Part shown: positions 29,249 through 39,145 of the stretch, piece after piece | Position numbering within the stretch: the first letter of the stretch is position 1 | Layout: every line of letters begins with the position of its first letter | NCBI GenBank assembly: GCA_044225365.1 | Contig: JBGAIQ010000005.1 | Location: forward strand, 160,001-224,000 | Reading direction: 5' to 3' | From: Planctomycetota bacterium | Lineage (GTDB): Bacteria > Planctomycetota > B15-G4 > JADJEK01 | Length of the DNA stretch: 64,000 bases | The notes under the pieces: model-generated | Database searches by the model: none | What the model was told of the DNA's origin: nothing | What the model saw: the letters and a program-made list of their open reading frames with translations, nothing else | Position numbers and translations under genes: made by a program

Positions 29249-30310
29249 TCACGGCCGCTTCAGGAGCTTCGGGTCGATCGGCTTGTCGAGGACATGATTG
29301 AGGATGTCGGTCGACTCGAGGCGATACGCATCGAATGCGAGCGAGGTGCGCATCTTGGTCGGAAGGACGACGCCGTTGATCGTCGCGGTCTCGAAGTACT
29401 CGACGAACAATCTCTCTCCCGCGAAGTACTCTTCGTGCCGGCGATCCTGCGTCGCCAGCATCGCCACTTTCCGAGTCGACGGATCGACGTAGAGTTCGAC
29501 CGTCGGACCGGCGATGGCGGAGTACGGCGCCGGAACCTCGAAACGCAACACATCGTATTCGGCGTTCGTGGGGGCGTAGTCGATCCAGCCCTTGTCCTTG
29601 TCGAACGACTTCGGCGTGAAGGTCTTCATCGAGGACTTGCCGACGTACGTCGGATGAACGTTCGCCTGCGCCAGGATGAACGGCGCGAGCGGCATGAAGG
29701 TCTCGTAGGCGATCGTGTCGGTAGCGTTCTTCTCGTTCTTCTCGGTCGAGAGGACGGTGAGCTCACGCTGTTCGAATCGATCGTCGCCATTCACCACGGC
29801 GAAGAATCGAACCAAACGATCGTGTTCGTCGTAGTTCGACGTGATCTGGGTCCGACCTGCGATCGGCAGCGACGGCTTCGCGACGGTCTCCGCGCTGTCG
29901 TACGCGCTGTACTTTCCGTCGCGCCATTCGACGGTCTCGCGTCGGAAGGAAACCGACTGCATCGACGCGAAGGCCTTCGCCCCCATCTGCGTCATGACTT
30001 CGTCGAACACCTTCTGAGAATCGACCGCCTTCTCGGGCGCACTGATCACCTCGACGATCGGCAGCTTGAAGCGCTCCGCCTTGATCTTCTCGGCTTCCTT
30101 CTTCGCCGCTTCGCGTTCGGCCTCCTTCTCCTCGGGCGTCATCGCCTTCTTGCCACCCTTGCCCCCGGCGCCCCCAGCTTTGTTGCCGCCCGTCGGACCC
30201 GCTGGCCCTGCCTGCGGTTTCTGCGGGGCGGGAACGGGGTGCGTGGGATCGGACTGGGCCGCGGGGAAGGCGATGAGACAGATGGCGATGCTGGCTTTCG
30301 CGAAGATCAT
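29249..30310 (-). CDS. Secreted hypothetical protein, possible LolA-like fold
   Basis: Signal peptide, Pro/Gly/Lys linker, then a beta-rich domain with YDVLRFE...VELYVDPSTRKV...GVVLPTK. The fold is inferred. Confidence 0.6.
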   Translation of the reverse strand: MIFAKASIAICLIAFPAAQSDPTHPVPAPQKPQAGPAGPTGGNKAGGAGGKGGKKAMTPEEKEAEREAAKKEAEKIKAERFKLPIVEVISAPEKAVDSQKVFDEVMTQMGAKAFASMQSVSFRRETVEWRDGKYSAYDSAETVAKPSLPIAGRTQITSNYDEHDRLVRFFAVVNGDDRFEQRELTVLSTEKNEKNATDTIAYETFMPLAPFILAQANVHPTYVGKSSMKTFTPKSFDKDKGWIDYAPTNAEYDVLRFEVPAPYSAIAGPTVELYVDPSTRKVAMLATQDRRHEEYFAGERLFVEYFETATINGVVLPTKMRTSLAFDAYRLESTDILNHVLDKPIDPKLLKRP

Positions 30311-30493
30311 GCTCTTGGACTCCGTTGCTTCACCGCTCCAACTCCTCGGTTCCAAGGAGGCTCTTTGGGCGCCGCCGTGGATGGAACTCTCGGTGGGAGC
30401 GATCTGGGTGATACCGGTCTTCGAACACCGAAAGGGCCGCGGATTCGGGGTCCGTGCCCTACGGGGCCCATTAGACCCGATGGCCGAATCCTT

Positions 30494-31609
30494 TCACTCG
30501 ACGATTTCGTCGCCGTCCTTGAGTCGAAGTGAGTTCGGATCCTGGACGGCGTCGCCGGCCATTGCGGGTGGGCGATCGTTCTTCATCACCTCCCGCAGCA
30601 CGATCGTGGCGTACGCACCCGGCGGGAGTTCGATCTCGACGTCGAGTTCGGTCGGCGAAGGCGCGCGCACCGATCCCTTCATGGGCACCCGCAGCGGTCG
30701 CCGTGCTCCTTCCAGCTCCGGGCGCGCCTCGAACGCCGCGTGCGTGAGTCCGAGTTCCGTGAGCACGGCCTCCTCCATCGCGAGCGCCTCGCCGGACGGC
30801 CGCGTGCACTTGCTCCCGAACAAAGGACCCGAAGGACTGATCTCGAGAGTCTCGGCGCGCGCCCGTTCGACGTCGGTCGCGACCTCGACGCGGAAGCACG
30901 CGCCGTTGCGATGCAGCCACGCGAGATCGCCCGAGACGATGCGATCGTAGCCCGGCCCCTTCAGGCGACGATCGAGCACGGCGTTGAAGCACTCGGCCTG
31001 GACGGCGCTGAGGAAGAGCCGTCGCAATCTGCGATCGGGGATGCGCGGTCCTCGCGAGCGATCCGATCCCGCCGCGAGCAGCGCTCGCCCCGTGAGATGG
31101 GTGTCGCCGCGATCGCCGAAGCGTTGCGGTCCGAACCAGTTCGGGACTCCGCGCCGCTCGAGTTCTCGCATCACGACCTCGGCGTCGTGGAGCCCGCCCT
31201 TTCGCACGTTCCTCACGCGGATCCGAAATCGATTGCCGCGAAGATGGCCGACCTTGAGCTTGTTGCGATGCCGCGCGCTCTCGATCACGCGGACGCCGTC
31301 CATCTCGAATCCTGCCGCGGCGTCCCGCGAGGTCGCGACCGAGAGCCACTGCACGGTCACGGCGTTCGCGTCCTTCAGTCCCGCGTAGCCGACCGCGTGC
31401 CGTGGAACGTCGAACGCACTCGCGATCCGCTCGATCGCAGCAAAGGTTGGAATGCCGCGCTTCTCGATCTTGAGATAGAGGTGCTCGCCCTCGCCGCACG
31501 GCAGGTACGCCGGGATCTCCTCGACGACGAAGTCCTCGGGAGACGAGCGCAGTTCGCCGTCGAGCGGCGGAATGGAAGCCGTGACATAAGGCGCTTGCCA
31601 GGGGAGCAT
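30494..31609 (-). CDS. truD: tRNA pseudouridine(13) synthase
   Basis: EDFVVEE, GEGEH, GYAGLKD, GNRFRI, GVPNWFGPQRFG, GAYATIVLRE. Confidence 0.95.
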   Translation of the reverse strand: MLPWQAPYVTASIPPLDGELRSSPEDFVVEEIPAYLPCGEGEHLYLKIEKRGIPTFAAIERIASAFDVPRHAVGYAGLKDANAVTVQWLSVATSRDAAAGFEMDGVRVIESARHRNKLKVGHLRGNRFRIRVRNVRKGGLHDAEVVMRELERRGVPNWFGPQRFGDRGDTHLTGRALLAAGSDRSRGPRIPDRRLRRLFLSAVQAECFNAVLDRRLKGPGYDRIVSGDLAWLHRNGACFRVEVATDVERARAETLEISPSGPLFGSKCTRPSGEALAMEEAVLTELGLTHAAFEARPELEGARRPLRVPMKGSVRAPSPTELDVEIELPPGAYATIVLREVMKNDRPPAMAGDAVQDPNSLRLKDGDEIVE

Positions 31610-31632
31610 CGGGTCTCGCGATTCGCGAAGCG

Positions 31633-32493
31633 TCAGTTCGACGACCGATCGTTGCCCCGATCGAGCGCGACCGAACCGCCCCAATTGAACTTCTTGCGCA
31701 GCGTCGCGAAGAACGAGCGACGGACGATCGTCATCATTCGAAGGGGAGTGGCGGCGCGGCAGAGATGCACTTCGGCGTCGGACTCGACTTGATGGACGCG
31801 CTGGCCGTCGAGCGTCATCGCGAACGATGCGGGCCGCACGCCGCTCCGACGCAGCACGATCTTGCGACTGCTGTCGAGCACGAGCGGCCGCGACGCGAGC
31901 GTGTGCGCGGCGAGCGGCGTGACGACGAACGAGTGCGCAGCCGGTTCGATCACGGGGCCACCGGCCGCGAGCGAATGCGCCGTCGAACCGACCGGCGTTG
32001 CGACGATGAGGCCGTCGCCGCGATACGTCGCGACCTTTTCGCCATCCACTTCGAGATCGAGGGCGATGATGCGGCCCGGGACGCCCGCGGTGGCGACGGC
32101 GTCGTTGAGGGCGCGATCGCGCAGCACGCTGGCGCCGCGTACCCGCACTTCGCATTCGAGCATCTCGCGTTCGACGATACGGCCGTGCCCCGCGAAGATC
32201 TGATCGAGATGCGCGCGACAGTTGTCGGGTTCGAGCTCGGCGAGGAAACCGAAATGGCCGACGCGGATGCCGATGAGCGGGATGGGCGCGCCTTCGAGCA
32301 GCGCCGCCGTCGCGAGGATCGCGCCGTCGCCGCCGAGGACGACGACGAGCTCCGCCTCGCTCGCGTCGAACGGACTGCCGACCGTCTCGTGCGTCCCCAC
32401 GATCTGCGCGCGCTTCTCGAGCCACGGCATGAGATCGGAGAATCCGGTGCGGACACGTGGATTCGATCCGTCACCGACGACGTAGACCTTCAC
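31633..32493 (-). CDS. nadK: NAD(+) kinase
   Basis: GAGGAGG RBS then GTG. LGGDGAIL, GHFGFL, ALND, GDGLIVATPVGSTAHSLAAGGP. Confidence 0.95.
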   Translation of the reverse strand: MKVYVVGDGSNPRVRTGFSDLMPWLEKRAQIVGTHETVGSPFDASEAELVVVLGGDGAILATAALLEGAPIPLIGIRVGHFGFLAELEPDNCRAHLDQIFAGHGRIVEREMLECEVRVRGASVLRDRALNDAVATAGVPGRIIALDLEVDGEKVATYRGDGLIVATPVGSTAHSLAAGGPVIEPAAHSFVVTPLAAHTLASRPLVLDSSRKIVLRRSGVRPASFAMTLDGQRVHQVESDAEVHLCRAATPLRMMTIVRRSFFATLRKKFNWGGSVALDRGNDRSSN

Positions 32494-32519
32494 TCGAACG
32501 ACCTCCTCGATCTTTGCGA

Positions 32520-34544
32520 TCAGGAGAGACGGGCCAGTACCGTCGCGACGATCTTCTCGGCCGTGAGTCCGGCGTCTTCGAGGCACTCGTTGCGCAGCGC
32601 GTGCTCGATGAGGCGATCGGGAATTCCAATCGGCAGGACCTTGCCGGCGTTCTTGCCATGCAGCGCGAGCGATTCGAGCACCGCGGACCCGAAACCGCCC
32701 ATGATCTGATGCTCTTCGATCGTGACGAGCAGCTTCACCTTCGCGGCGTAGGCATCGAGCAGTTCGACGTCGATCGGCTTCACGAAACGAGCGTTGATCA
32801 CGGCGGCGTCGACGCCCTGCTTCTTCAACAGGTCCGCTGCGACGAGCGCGTCGTAGGCGAGCGGGCCGAAGGCGACGAGCGCCACGTCCTTGCCGTCGCG
32901 CAGCACTTCCGATTTACCGACCTCGAGCGGTCGCTGACTCGGAATCTCGGGATCCGCGCTGTTGCCGCGCGGATAGCGCAGCGCGAACGGGTGTTTCTGG
33001 TCGATGCCGAGCGCGAGCATCGCGCGCAATTCGCTGCCGTCGCGCGGCGAGGCGAAGACGAGGTTCGGGAACGTGCGCAGGTAGGCGATGTCGTAGCAGC
33101 CGTTGTGCGAGGGGCCGTCCTGCCCGACGAGTCCGCCGCGATCGAGCGCGAACACGACGGGGAGATCCTGGAGCACCGCTTCCTGGAAGACCTGGTCGTA
33201 GCCGCGCTGGAGGAACGTGGAGTAGATCGCCGCGACCGGCTTCGCTCCGCCCTTGGCGAGACCGCCCGCGAACGCGACGGCGTGCTGCTCGGTGATGCCC
33301 GTGTCGTGGAAACGATCGGGGAAGCGCTTGCTGAACTCGACGAGGCCCGTGCCCTCCGGCATCGCGGCCGTGATCGCGACGACGCGAGGGTCCTTCTCCG
33401 CGAGATTGCACATCTCGTCGCCGAAGATCTCGGTGAAGCTGCGCGCCTTCTTCGTGGAGACTGCTTTCGCTTCCTTCTTGTCGGTCTTGTCGGCGACCGC
33501 GACGCCGCCGAAACCCGGGAGCTTGGTGCCGGGATTCACGCCGTGGAGGTAGCGCGTGTCCTTGCCGGTCGGCTCGAGGCCCTTGCCCTTCTTCGTGATG
33601 ACGTGCATCAGCTTGACACCCGGAACGCGGCGGATCGCGGAGAACTGATCGATCATGCGATCGATGTCGTGACCGTCGATCGGACCGTAGTAACGGAAGC
33701 CGAGTTCCTCGAAGAGATGGCCGGGAGCGATCGCGGCCTTCACCGCGTCGACCATATCGACGAGATTCTTGTCGAGTCGCTCGCCGAACGGGACGGAGCG
33801 CAACAGCGCGTGGAAGCGTTCCTTCGCCCCGGTGTAGATCGGAGCCGCGCGCAGGCGGTTCAAGTACGAGGCGAGCGAACCCACGGTCTGGCTGATCGAC
33901 ATCTCGTTGTCGTTGAGGACGACGAGGACGTCGCGGCCGACGTGTGCCGCGTAGTTCAACGCTTCGAGCGCCACGCCGGCGCCGAGGCCGGAGTCGCCGA
34001 CCACGCACACCACGTCTCGATCGCCCTGCGTGTCCTTGTGCACCGCGAGACCATCGGCCGCCGCGATGCCGAGGCCCATCGAGATCGCCGTGCCGGCGTG
34101 ACCCGAACGCATCACGTCGTGCGGCGATTCATCCGGGTGTGGATAACCGGAGACGCCGTCCTTGCTGCGCAATGTGTGGAACTTCGCGGCGCGACCGGTG
34201 AGGAGCTTGTGCGGGTAGCACTGATGACCAACGTCCCAGACGATCACGTCCTTCGCGAAGTCGTAGACGTAATGCAGCGCGATCGAGAGTTCGACGACGC
34301 CGAAGTTGGAGCCGAGGTGTCCGCCGTTCTTGCAGACCACGTCGAGGATCAGCTCGCGAATCTCTTCGGCGACCTGCGGCAACTGAGTACGGTCGAGCGC
34401 GGCGAGATCCGCGTGACCCTTCAGGCGCGGCAGCAGCGCTTCGCGCGCACGCACGTCGTCCGCCGCGGCGGCCGGAACGGCGGATGCCGCGGGATTCGGA
34501 TCACGGAACGGACCGTCGGCCGCGACGCTCAAGGTGTTCGACAT
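32520..34544 (-). CDS. dxs: 1-deoxy-D-xylulose-5-phosphate synthase
   Basis: GGHLGSNFGVVEL, WDVGHQCYPHK, GD...EALN...LNDNEMSIS, GITEQHAV, YSTFLQRGYDQ. Confidence 0.97.
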   Translation of the reverse strand: MSNTLSVAADGPFRDPNPAASAVPAAAADDVRAREALLPRLKGHADLAALDRTQLPQVAEEIRELILDVVCKNGGHLGSNFGVVELSIALHYVYDFAKDVIVWDVGHQCYPHKLLTGRAAKFHTLRSKDGVSGYPHPDESPHDVMRSGHAGTAISMGLGIAAADGLAVHKDTQGDRDVVCVVGDSGLGAGVALEALNYAAHVGRDVLVVLNDNEMSISQTVGSLASYLNRLRAAPIYTGAKERFHALLRSVPFGERLDKNLVDMVDAVKAAIAPGHLFEELGFRYYGPIDGHDIDRMIDQFSAIRRVPGVKLMHVITKKGKGLEPTGKDTRYLHGVNPGTKLPGFGGVAVADKTDKKEAKAVSTKKARSFTEIFGDEMCNLAEKDPRVVAITAAMPEGTGLVEFSKRFPDRFHDTGITEQHAVAFAGGLAKGGAKPVAAIYSTFLQRGYDQVFQEAVLQDLPVVFALDRGGLVGQDGPSHNGCYDIAYLRTFPNLVFASPRDGSELRAMLALGIDQKHPFALRYPRGNSADPEIPSQRPLEVGKSEVLRDGKDVALVAFGPLAYDALVAADLLKKQGVDAAVINARFVKPIDVELLDAYAAKVKLLVTIEEHQIMGGFGSAVLESLALHGKNAGKVLPIGIPDRLIEHALRNECLEDAGLTAEKIVATVLARLS

Positions 34545-34611
34545 TTCAGAGTCTGCACTCGGGTTTCATGGACCGCGAAAGGAGTCCGCGCGACGAATCG
34601 CGCACGACCGC

Positions 34612-35517
34612 TCAAGAAGACCGCTCAAGCATAGTTCCGATCAGGGATTCAATCAATCGACCCCGTGGAAGGCCTTGCGCGATGGTCCGCGCCGCCGCGG
34701 ATTCGAAACGCGCCCGCTCACGGGCCGCCTCGATCCCGACGAGCGACGGGAGCGTGGCCTTACCCCGCGCCGCGTCCTTGCCCGTGGCCTTGCCCATCGC
34801 CGTAGGGGTCGCCGTGAGGTCGAGTACATCATCGACGATCTGGAACGCAATTCCCAAGTGGAGGCCGAGTTTCGAGAGATCCGTGGCGACCGGATCGACC
34901 GCTCCACCGCAGTACGCTCCGGCCTCGAACGATGCGGAGAAGAGCGCCGCGGTCTTCATTCGATCGATCGCCAGGATGCTCTCGACGGGCAACGTCTTGC
35001 CCTCGGCGGCGAGATCGCCGACCTGCCCCCCGACCATGCCGACGGACCCCGCCCCCCGCGCCAGCGCGGCGACGACCCTGCCCGCGATCGGCGAGGGAAG
35101 CTCGCTCCCGACGACTGCGAAAGCGTGGGTCAGCAGAGCGTCGCCGACGAGCACCCCCATCGCTTCACCGTAGACCTTGTGAACGGTCGGTCGCCCGCGC
35201 CGCAGATCGTCGTCGTCCATGCAAGGCAGGTCGTCATGGACCAGCGAGTAGGTGTGGATCATTTCGAGCGCGCACGCGGCGGGGAGTGCGGCCTCGGCGA
35301 GTTCGAGATCGTCGTCACCCGATTTCACCGCCGCGCAGGCCAGCATCGCGCAGATCGGCCGGAGTCGCTTTCCCCCGCCGAACATCGCGTAGCGCATGGC
35401 CTCGTGGAGTTGCGGCGGAGCGACGTCGGCTGCCGGGAGCAAGCGATCGAGTTCACGTTCGACGCACTTGCGCGCGGGATCGAGGAAGTCGCGGGTGAAG
35501 TCAACGATCGCTCGCAA
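34612..35517 (-). CDS. ispA: Polyprenyl (farnesyl/geranylgeranyl) diphosphate synthase
   Basis: GGKRLRP, HTYSLVHDDLPCMDDDDLRRGRPT, GMVGGQ, FQIVDDVLD, GKD. Confidence 0.93.
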   Translation of the reverse strand: MRAIVDFTRDFLDPARKCVERELDRLLPAADVAPPQLHEAMRYAMFGGGKRLRPICAMLACAAVKSGDDDLELAEAALPAACALEMIHTYSLVHDDLPCMDDDDLRRGRPTVHKVYGEAMGVLVGDALLTHAFAVVGSELPSPIAGRVVAALARGAGSVGMVGGQVGDLAAEGKTLPVESILAIDRMKTAALFSASFEAGAYCGGAVDPVATDLSKLGLHLGIAFQIVDDVLDLTATPTAMGKATGKDAARGKATLPSLVGIEAARERARFESAAARTIAQGLPRGRLIESLIGTMLERSS

Positions 35518-35583
35518 GCAGCCTGCCTCTTCGTCTCGTCTTCGTGCTAGGGCCGATCGGCGATTCCGTTCGGCCTACATCCA

Positions 35584-37122
35584 TCAGCGCGCGTACTCGG
35601 TGACTCGCGTCTCGCGGAGGACGGTGACACGGATCTCGCCCGGGTACGTCAATTCGGCCTCGATCCGCTTCGCGATGTCGCGCGCGAGCAGCTTCGCCTT
35701 GGTGTCGTCGAGCTGCGCCGCGTCGACGAGCACTCGCACTTCGTGCCCGGCCTGCAGCGCATACGCCTGATCGACTCCGCGGAACTCCCGCGCGATCTTC
35801 TCGAGTTTCTCGAGCCGCTCGATGTAGCGCTCCATCGTATCGCGGCGCGCGCCCGGACGCGCGGCGGAGATCGAGTCCGCGACCTGCGCGAGAACGGCGT
35901 ACGTCGATTCGTAGGCGACGTCGCCGTGATGCGACGCCGCGGAATTCACGATCTCCGGTCGTTCGTGACAGCGCAGCAGCAGATCCGAACCGATCGCGGG
36001 ATGTCCGCCCGTGAGCGTATGATCGAGCGCCTTGCCGATGTCGTGGAACAAGCCGCAACGCAGGGCGAGCTGCGGATTGAGCCCGAGCTCCCCCGCCATT
36101 CCCGATGCGATGTAGGCGACCTCGACCGCGTGCTGCAATTGGTTCTGACCGTACGAAGTGCGGTACTTCAATCGCCCGACGCAGAACTGCAGTCGAGGAT
36201 CGACGCGGGGCACGTCGAGTTCGTGGAGGACCTTGCGCGCCGTCTGACGGATGTCGTCGTCGAGATCCTTGCGCGTCTGGGCGACGACTTCCTCGATGCG
36301 CGCGGGATGGATGCGACCGTCGTCGATCAGCCGCTCGAGCGCGCGCCGCGCGACCTCGCGTCGCACGTTGTCGAAGCTCGATACCACGACGACGCCCGGC
36401 GTGTCGTCGATGATGAGGTCGACACCCGTCGCCTGCTCGATCGCGCGCACGTTGCGTCCCTCACGACCGATGAGGCGGCCCTTCATGTCGTCGTCGGCGA
36501 GGGCGATCTGCGCCGTCGTTGTCTCGTTCACGTAGGTGATCGCGAGGCGCTGGATCGCGTGCGCGAGCACCTTCTGCGCCTTCTGCTCGGCCTGCTCCTC
36601 GATCTTCTCCTCGATCTTCGCGAGGCGGATCCCGGCCTCCTCCGAAACCTCTTCCTCGAATCGTGCGAGCGCGGCCGCTACCGCCTGCTTCTTGTCCATC
36701 CCCGCGATGCGGAGGAGTTCGTCCTTCGCGCGATCGAGCAGGCGATCCTGCTGCGTGCGCGCGGCGCGCAGGTCCTCCTCGCGCTCCTTCACCATCTCCT
36801 CGCGACGGCGGATCTCGGACTGCTTGCCGTCGACCTCGCTACGAAGGCGTTCGATCTCCGCCTCGCGACGTGCGATCCTCCGCTCCTCACCCTCGCGCTC
36901 CTCGCGCTGACGCGCCGCCCGTTCGTCGACTTCCTTCAGCCGCTGGAGCTGCTCGTCGCGGATCTTGCTCGCGGCTTCGAGTCGCAGCCGCTCCGCATCA
37001 CGGCGCGCGGTGTCGAGGATCGAGTTCGCGCTCGACTTTTCGGCACGGAAACGCTGCCACACGACGGCGAGCGTCGCCGCCGCGCCGAGCAGAATGCCGC
37101 CGGCCGTGAAGAGGAAGTCCAT
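35584..37122 (-). CDS. rny: Ribonuclease Y
   Basis: N-terminal TM, coiled coil, KH motif KGRLIGREGRNVR, RTSYGQN, HD motif FHDIGK, ADSISAARPGAR. Confidence 0.96.
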   Translation of the reverse strand: MDFLFTAGGILLGAAATLAVVWQRFRAEKSSANSILDTARRDAERLRLEAASKIRDEQLQRLKEVDERAARQREEREGEERRIARREAEIERLRSEVDGKQSEIRRREEMVKEREEDLRAARTQQDRLLDRAKDELLRIAGMDKKQAVAAALARFEEEVSEEAGIRLAKIEEKIEEQAEQKAQKVLAHAIQRLAITYVNETTTAQIALADDDMKGRLIGREGRNVRAIEQATGVDLIIDDTPGVVVVSSFDNVRREVARRALERLIDDGRIHPARIEEVVAQTRKDLDDDIRQTARKVLHELDVPRVDPRLQFCVGRLKYRTSYGQNQLQHAVEVAYIASGMAGELGLNPQLALRCGLFHDIGKALDHTLTGGHPAIGSDLLLRCHERPEIVNSAASHHGDVAYESTYAVLAQVADSISAARPGARRDTMERYIERLEKLEKIAREFRGVDQAYALQAGHEVRVLVDAAQLDDTKAKLLARDIAKRIEAELTYPGEIRVTVLRETRVTEYAR

Positions 37123-37215
37123 GGAGCGCTCGAAGGAGTACGGGTCGAGAACCGCGAGCGAGTCGACGTCGGATCGTCGCGAGACGATACAACGACCGGC
37201 TCGAAACCGGTTCCG

Positions 37216-39111
37216 TCAGTTCTCGAATCGTTCGGCGACCAGTGAATCCTTGAGGGCAACCCAGGCTTCGGGATCGATGTCGTCGAGATCGAGGCGCCAG
37301 ACGCCCGGCTCACTTCCCTGGCCCTCCGCCTTCGCGCCCTGACTCCCGTGCCCCCCATGACCCTGAAAGAACGGGACTTCGCGTCCGTCGGCGACGTGGT
37401 GTCCATCCCGGAAGACCAGTCCGACGCGCCGCGCCGCCGCGTCGACCTCGATCGAGCACGAGCGCGCGACGACCGTCTTCAGCAGCTTTCCGGCGCCGGA
37501 GTAGTGATTCATTTCCACGTCGAGGAGGCGCGATCCGTCGATGCCCGTGAGGCGCGAGAAGCGTAGATGATCGCGCCCCGAGGCGGCGAGCTGGGCGTTC
37601 AGGAGGGCGAGCGGCTCGCGTGAATCGAACTTCTTCTTCGCGACGACGGGCTTCTCCGCGGGAACCGGCGCCTCCAGGACGAGAAAGGGCATCAATTCGG
37701 TCACCGTGAACGACTGCGGCGCCACCGCCGCGATGTCGAGCGTCAGCTTTCCGTCGGGGAACGGCGTGCGAGCGCCGCGCTCGACCGTCTCGCCGTCGCG
37801 CAGCAGGAGTTTCGCGGTGAGCTTGCCCGGGTCGACCGTGAGCTTCACGCCGGCTGCGCTGCGACAGCCGATCGGACGCCCCGAGGAATCGCGCAACTCG
37901 ATGACGCACTCCGTGAGCTCGCCGTTCTCGACCTCGCCGTGACGCAGGAGTCGATGATCGACCACGCCCGCGGCCATCAGGAATTCGTTGAACGCGCGCG
38001 TCGTGGGATCGATCGCGGCGAGGCCAGGCGCGGGCGTTTCCGCCGGGTCGCCGTCTTTCGGCGTCGATTCCGTCGCGCTGGACGGCACGGGATCCGGCAG
38101 CGACTTCGCTGAGGGATCGAGTGCGGTCGCGGGTGGCGTCTCGGCGGACGCTTCGTCGCGGACCTTCGGCGGCTCGCTCGAACGCTTCTCGTCCGGCGGC
38201 GGCACCGCCGCGTCCTTCGCAGGGGCCGGGCTCTTCGCCGAGTTCCCCGCCGCGATGCGCTCGTCGAGCAGCTTCTGCATCTGCGCCTCGGCGAGATCCT
38301 TGTCCACCATCTTCGATCGCAGTTGGTCGAGCTCCGCCTCGAGCATCTTCTTGTCGCGTTCGAGCGTCGCGAGGCGCTCTTCCCGATTCACCTTGTCCTT
38401 CTCCGCCGTCTCCTTCGCGGCCTCGATCGCCGCAAGGCTCGCTTTCACTTTCTCGAGCTCGGTGTGATTCGCGCGCGATTCGTTGTCGAGCACCCGATTC
38501 GCCGCCAGCACCTTGTCGACGGTCTGCCCGAGCTGCGTGCCCATCTGATTGAACGATCGCAGCGACTCCGCGACGGCGCCGTTCAACTCGTCGCGGGTCG
38601 CGGCCATCCGATCGACCTGTTCCTTCAATCCGCCGTTCTGGTGATTCACGAGGAGGAAGATCGCGACGACGACGACGACCGCGGTCAGCGTGGCGCCGGC
38701 GACCAGGTACCACGGATTGCGCCGCCGCTCCGCGAGCAGCTTGTCCACGAGCGCGTCCTGCGAATGGTTCAACCGCTTGAAGGTCTGGTTCAGCGCGGTC
38801 GTCGACTGCAGGAACAACTCGGAGCGATCCTGATTCTCCAATGTCTTCACGATCCTGGCGTGGGAGTCGTGCACGTATTGCAGGAGGCGCGCCGTCACCT
38901 GCAGGGCACCGACGGCCCCCGGCGTCCCAACCGCTCCCGCGGCCTCCTCCGCCTTCTGCTGCTCGTTCGCCTTCTCGATCTGCTCGAGCAGGCGCTTCAT
39001 CTCCGCGACGCTGCGGGTGAGATCGACTGGTGTTTCGCCCGCCACCGGCGGACGCAGGGGATCGACGTTCCCCGAACGTTCGGCCGTCTCGTGACTCGAT
39101 GGATCGCTCAT
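37216..39111 (-). CDS. Single-pass membrane coiled-coil protein with two tandem beta-rich C-terminal domains
   Basis: TM WYLVAGATLTAVVVVVAIFLLV, long heptad region, Pro-rich linker, internal duplication (N..L...G....R...RDG.....G...PF..G). Confidence 0.8.
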   Translation of the reverse strand: MSDPSSHETAERSGNVDPLRPPVAGETPVDLTRSVAEMKRLLEQIEKANEQQKAEEAAGAVGTPGAVGALQVTARLLQYVHDSHARIVKTLENQDRSELFLQSTTALNQTFKRLNHSQDALVDKLLAERRRNPWYLVAGATLTAVVVVVAIFLLVNHQNGGLKEQVDRMAATRDELNGAVAESLRSFNQMGTQLGQTVDKVLAANRVLDNESRANHTELEKVKASLAAIEAAKETAEKDKVNREERLATLERDKKMLEAELDQLRSKMVDKDLAEAQMQKLLDERIAAGNSAKSPAPAKDAAVPPPDEKRSSEPPKVRDEASAETPPATALDPSAKSLPDPVPSSATESTPKDGDPAETPAPGLAAIDPTTRAFNEFLMAAGVVDHRLLRHGEVENGELTECVIELRDSSGRPIGCRSAAGVKLTVDPGKLTAKLLLRDGETVERGARTPFPDGKLTLDIAAVAPQSFTVTELMPFLVLEAPVPAEKPVVAKKKFDSREPLALLNAQLAASGRDHLRFSRLTGIDGSRLLDVEMNHYSGAGKLLKTVVARSCSIEVDAAARRVGLVFRDGHHVADGREVPFFQGHGGHGSQGAKAEGQGSEPGVWRLDLDDIDPEAWVALKDSLVAERFEN

Positions 39112-39145
39112 GTTCTCGTTCGCGAAGGTGGGAGTTTGGGCAGGC

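Noticed and set aside
30441-30491. Hairpin GGATTCGG...CCGAATCC after truD as a terminator or ncRNA
   Set aside because: Only an 8-bp stem around a long irregular loop with no clear U-tract, too weak to call.
37123-37215. 6S RNA upstream of rny, a common location
   Set aside because: Only ~93 nt are available, too short for a ~180-nt 6S rod, and no matching structure is visible.
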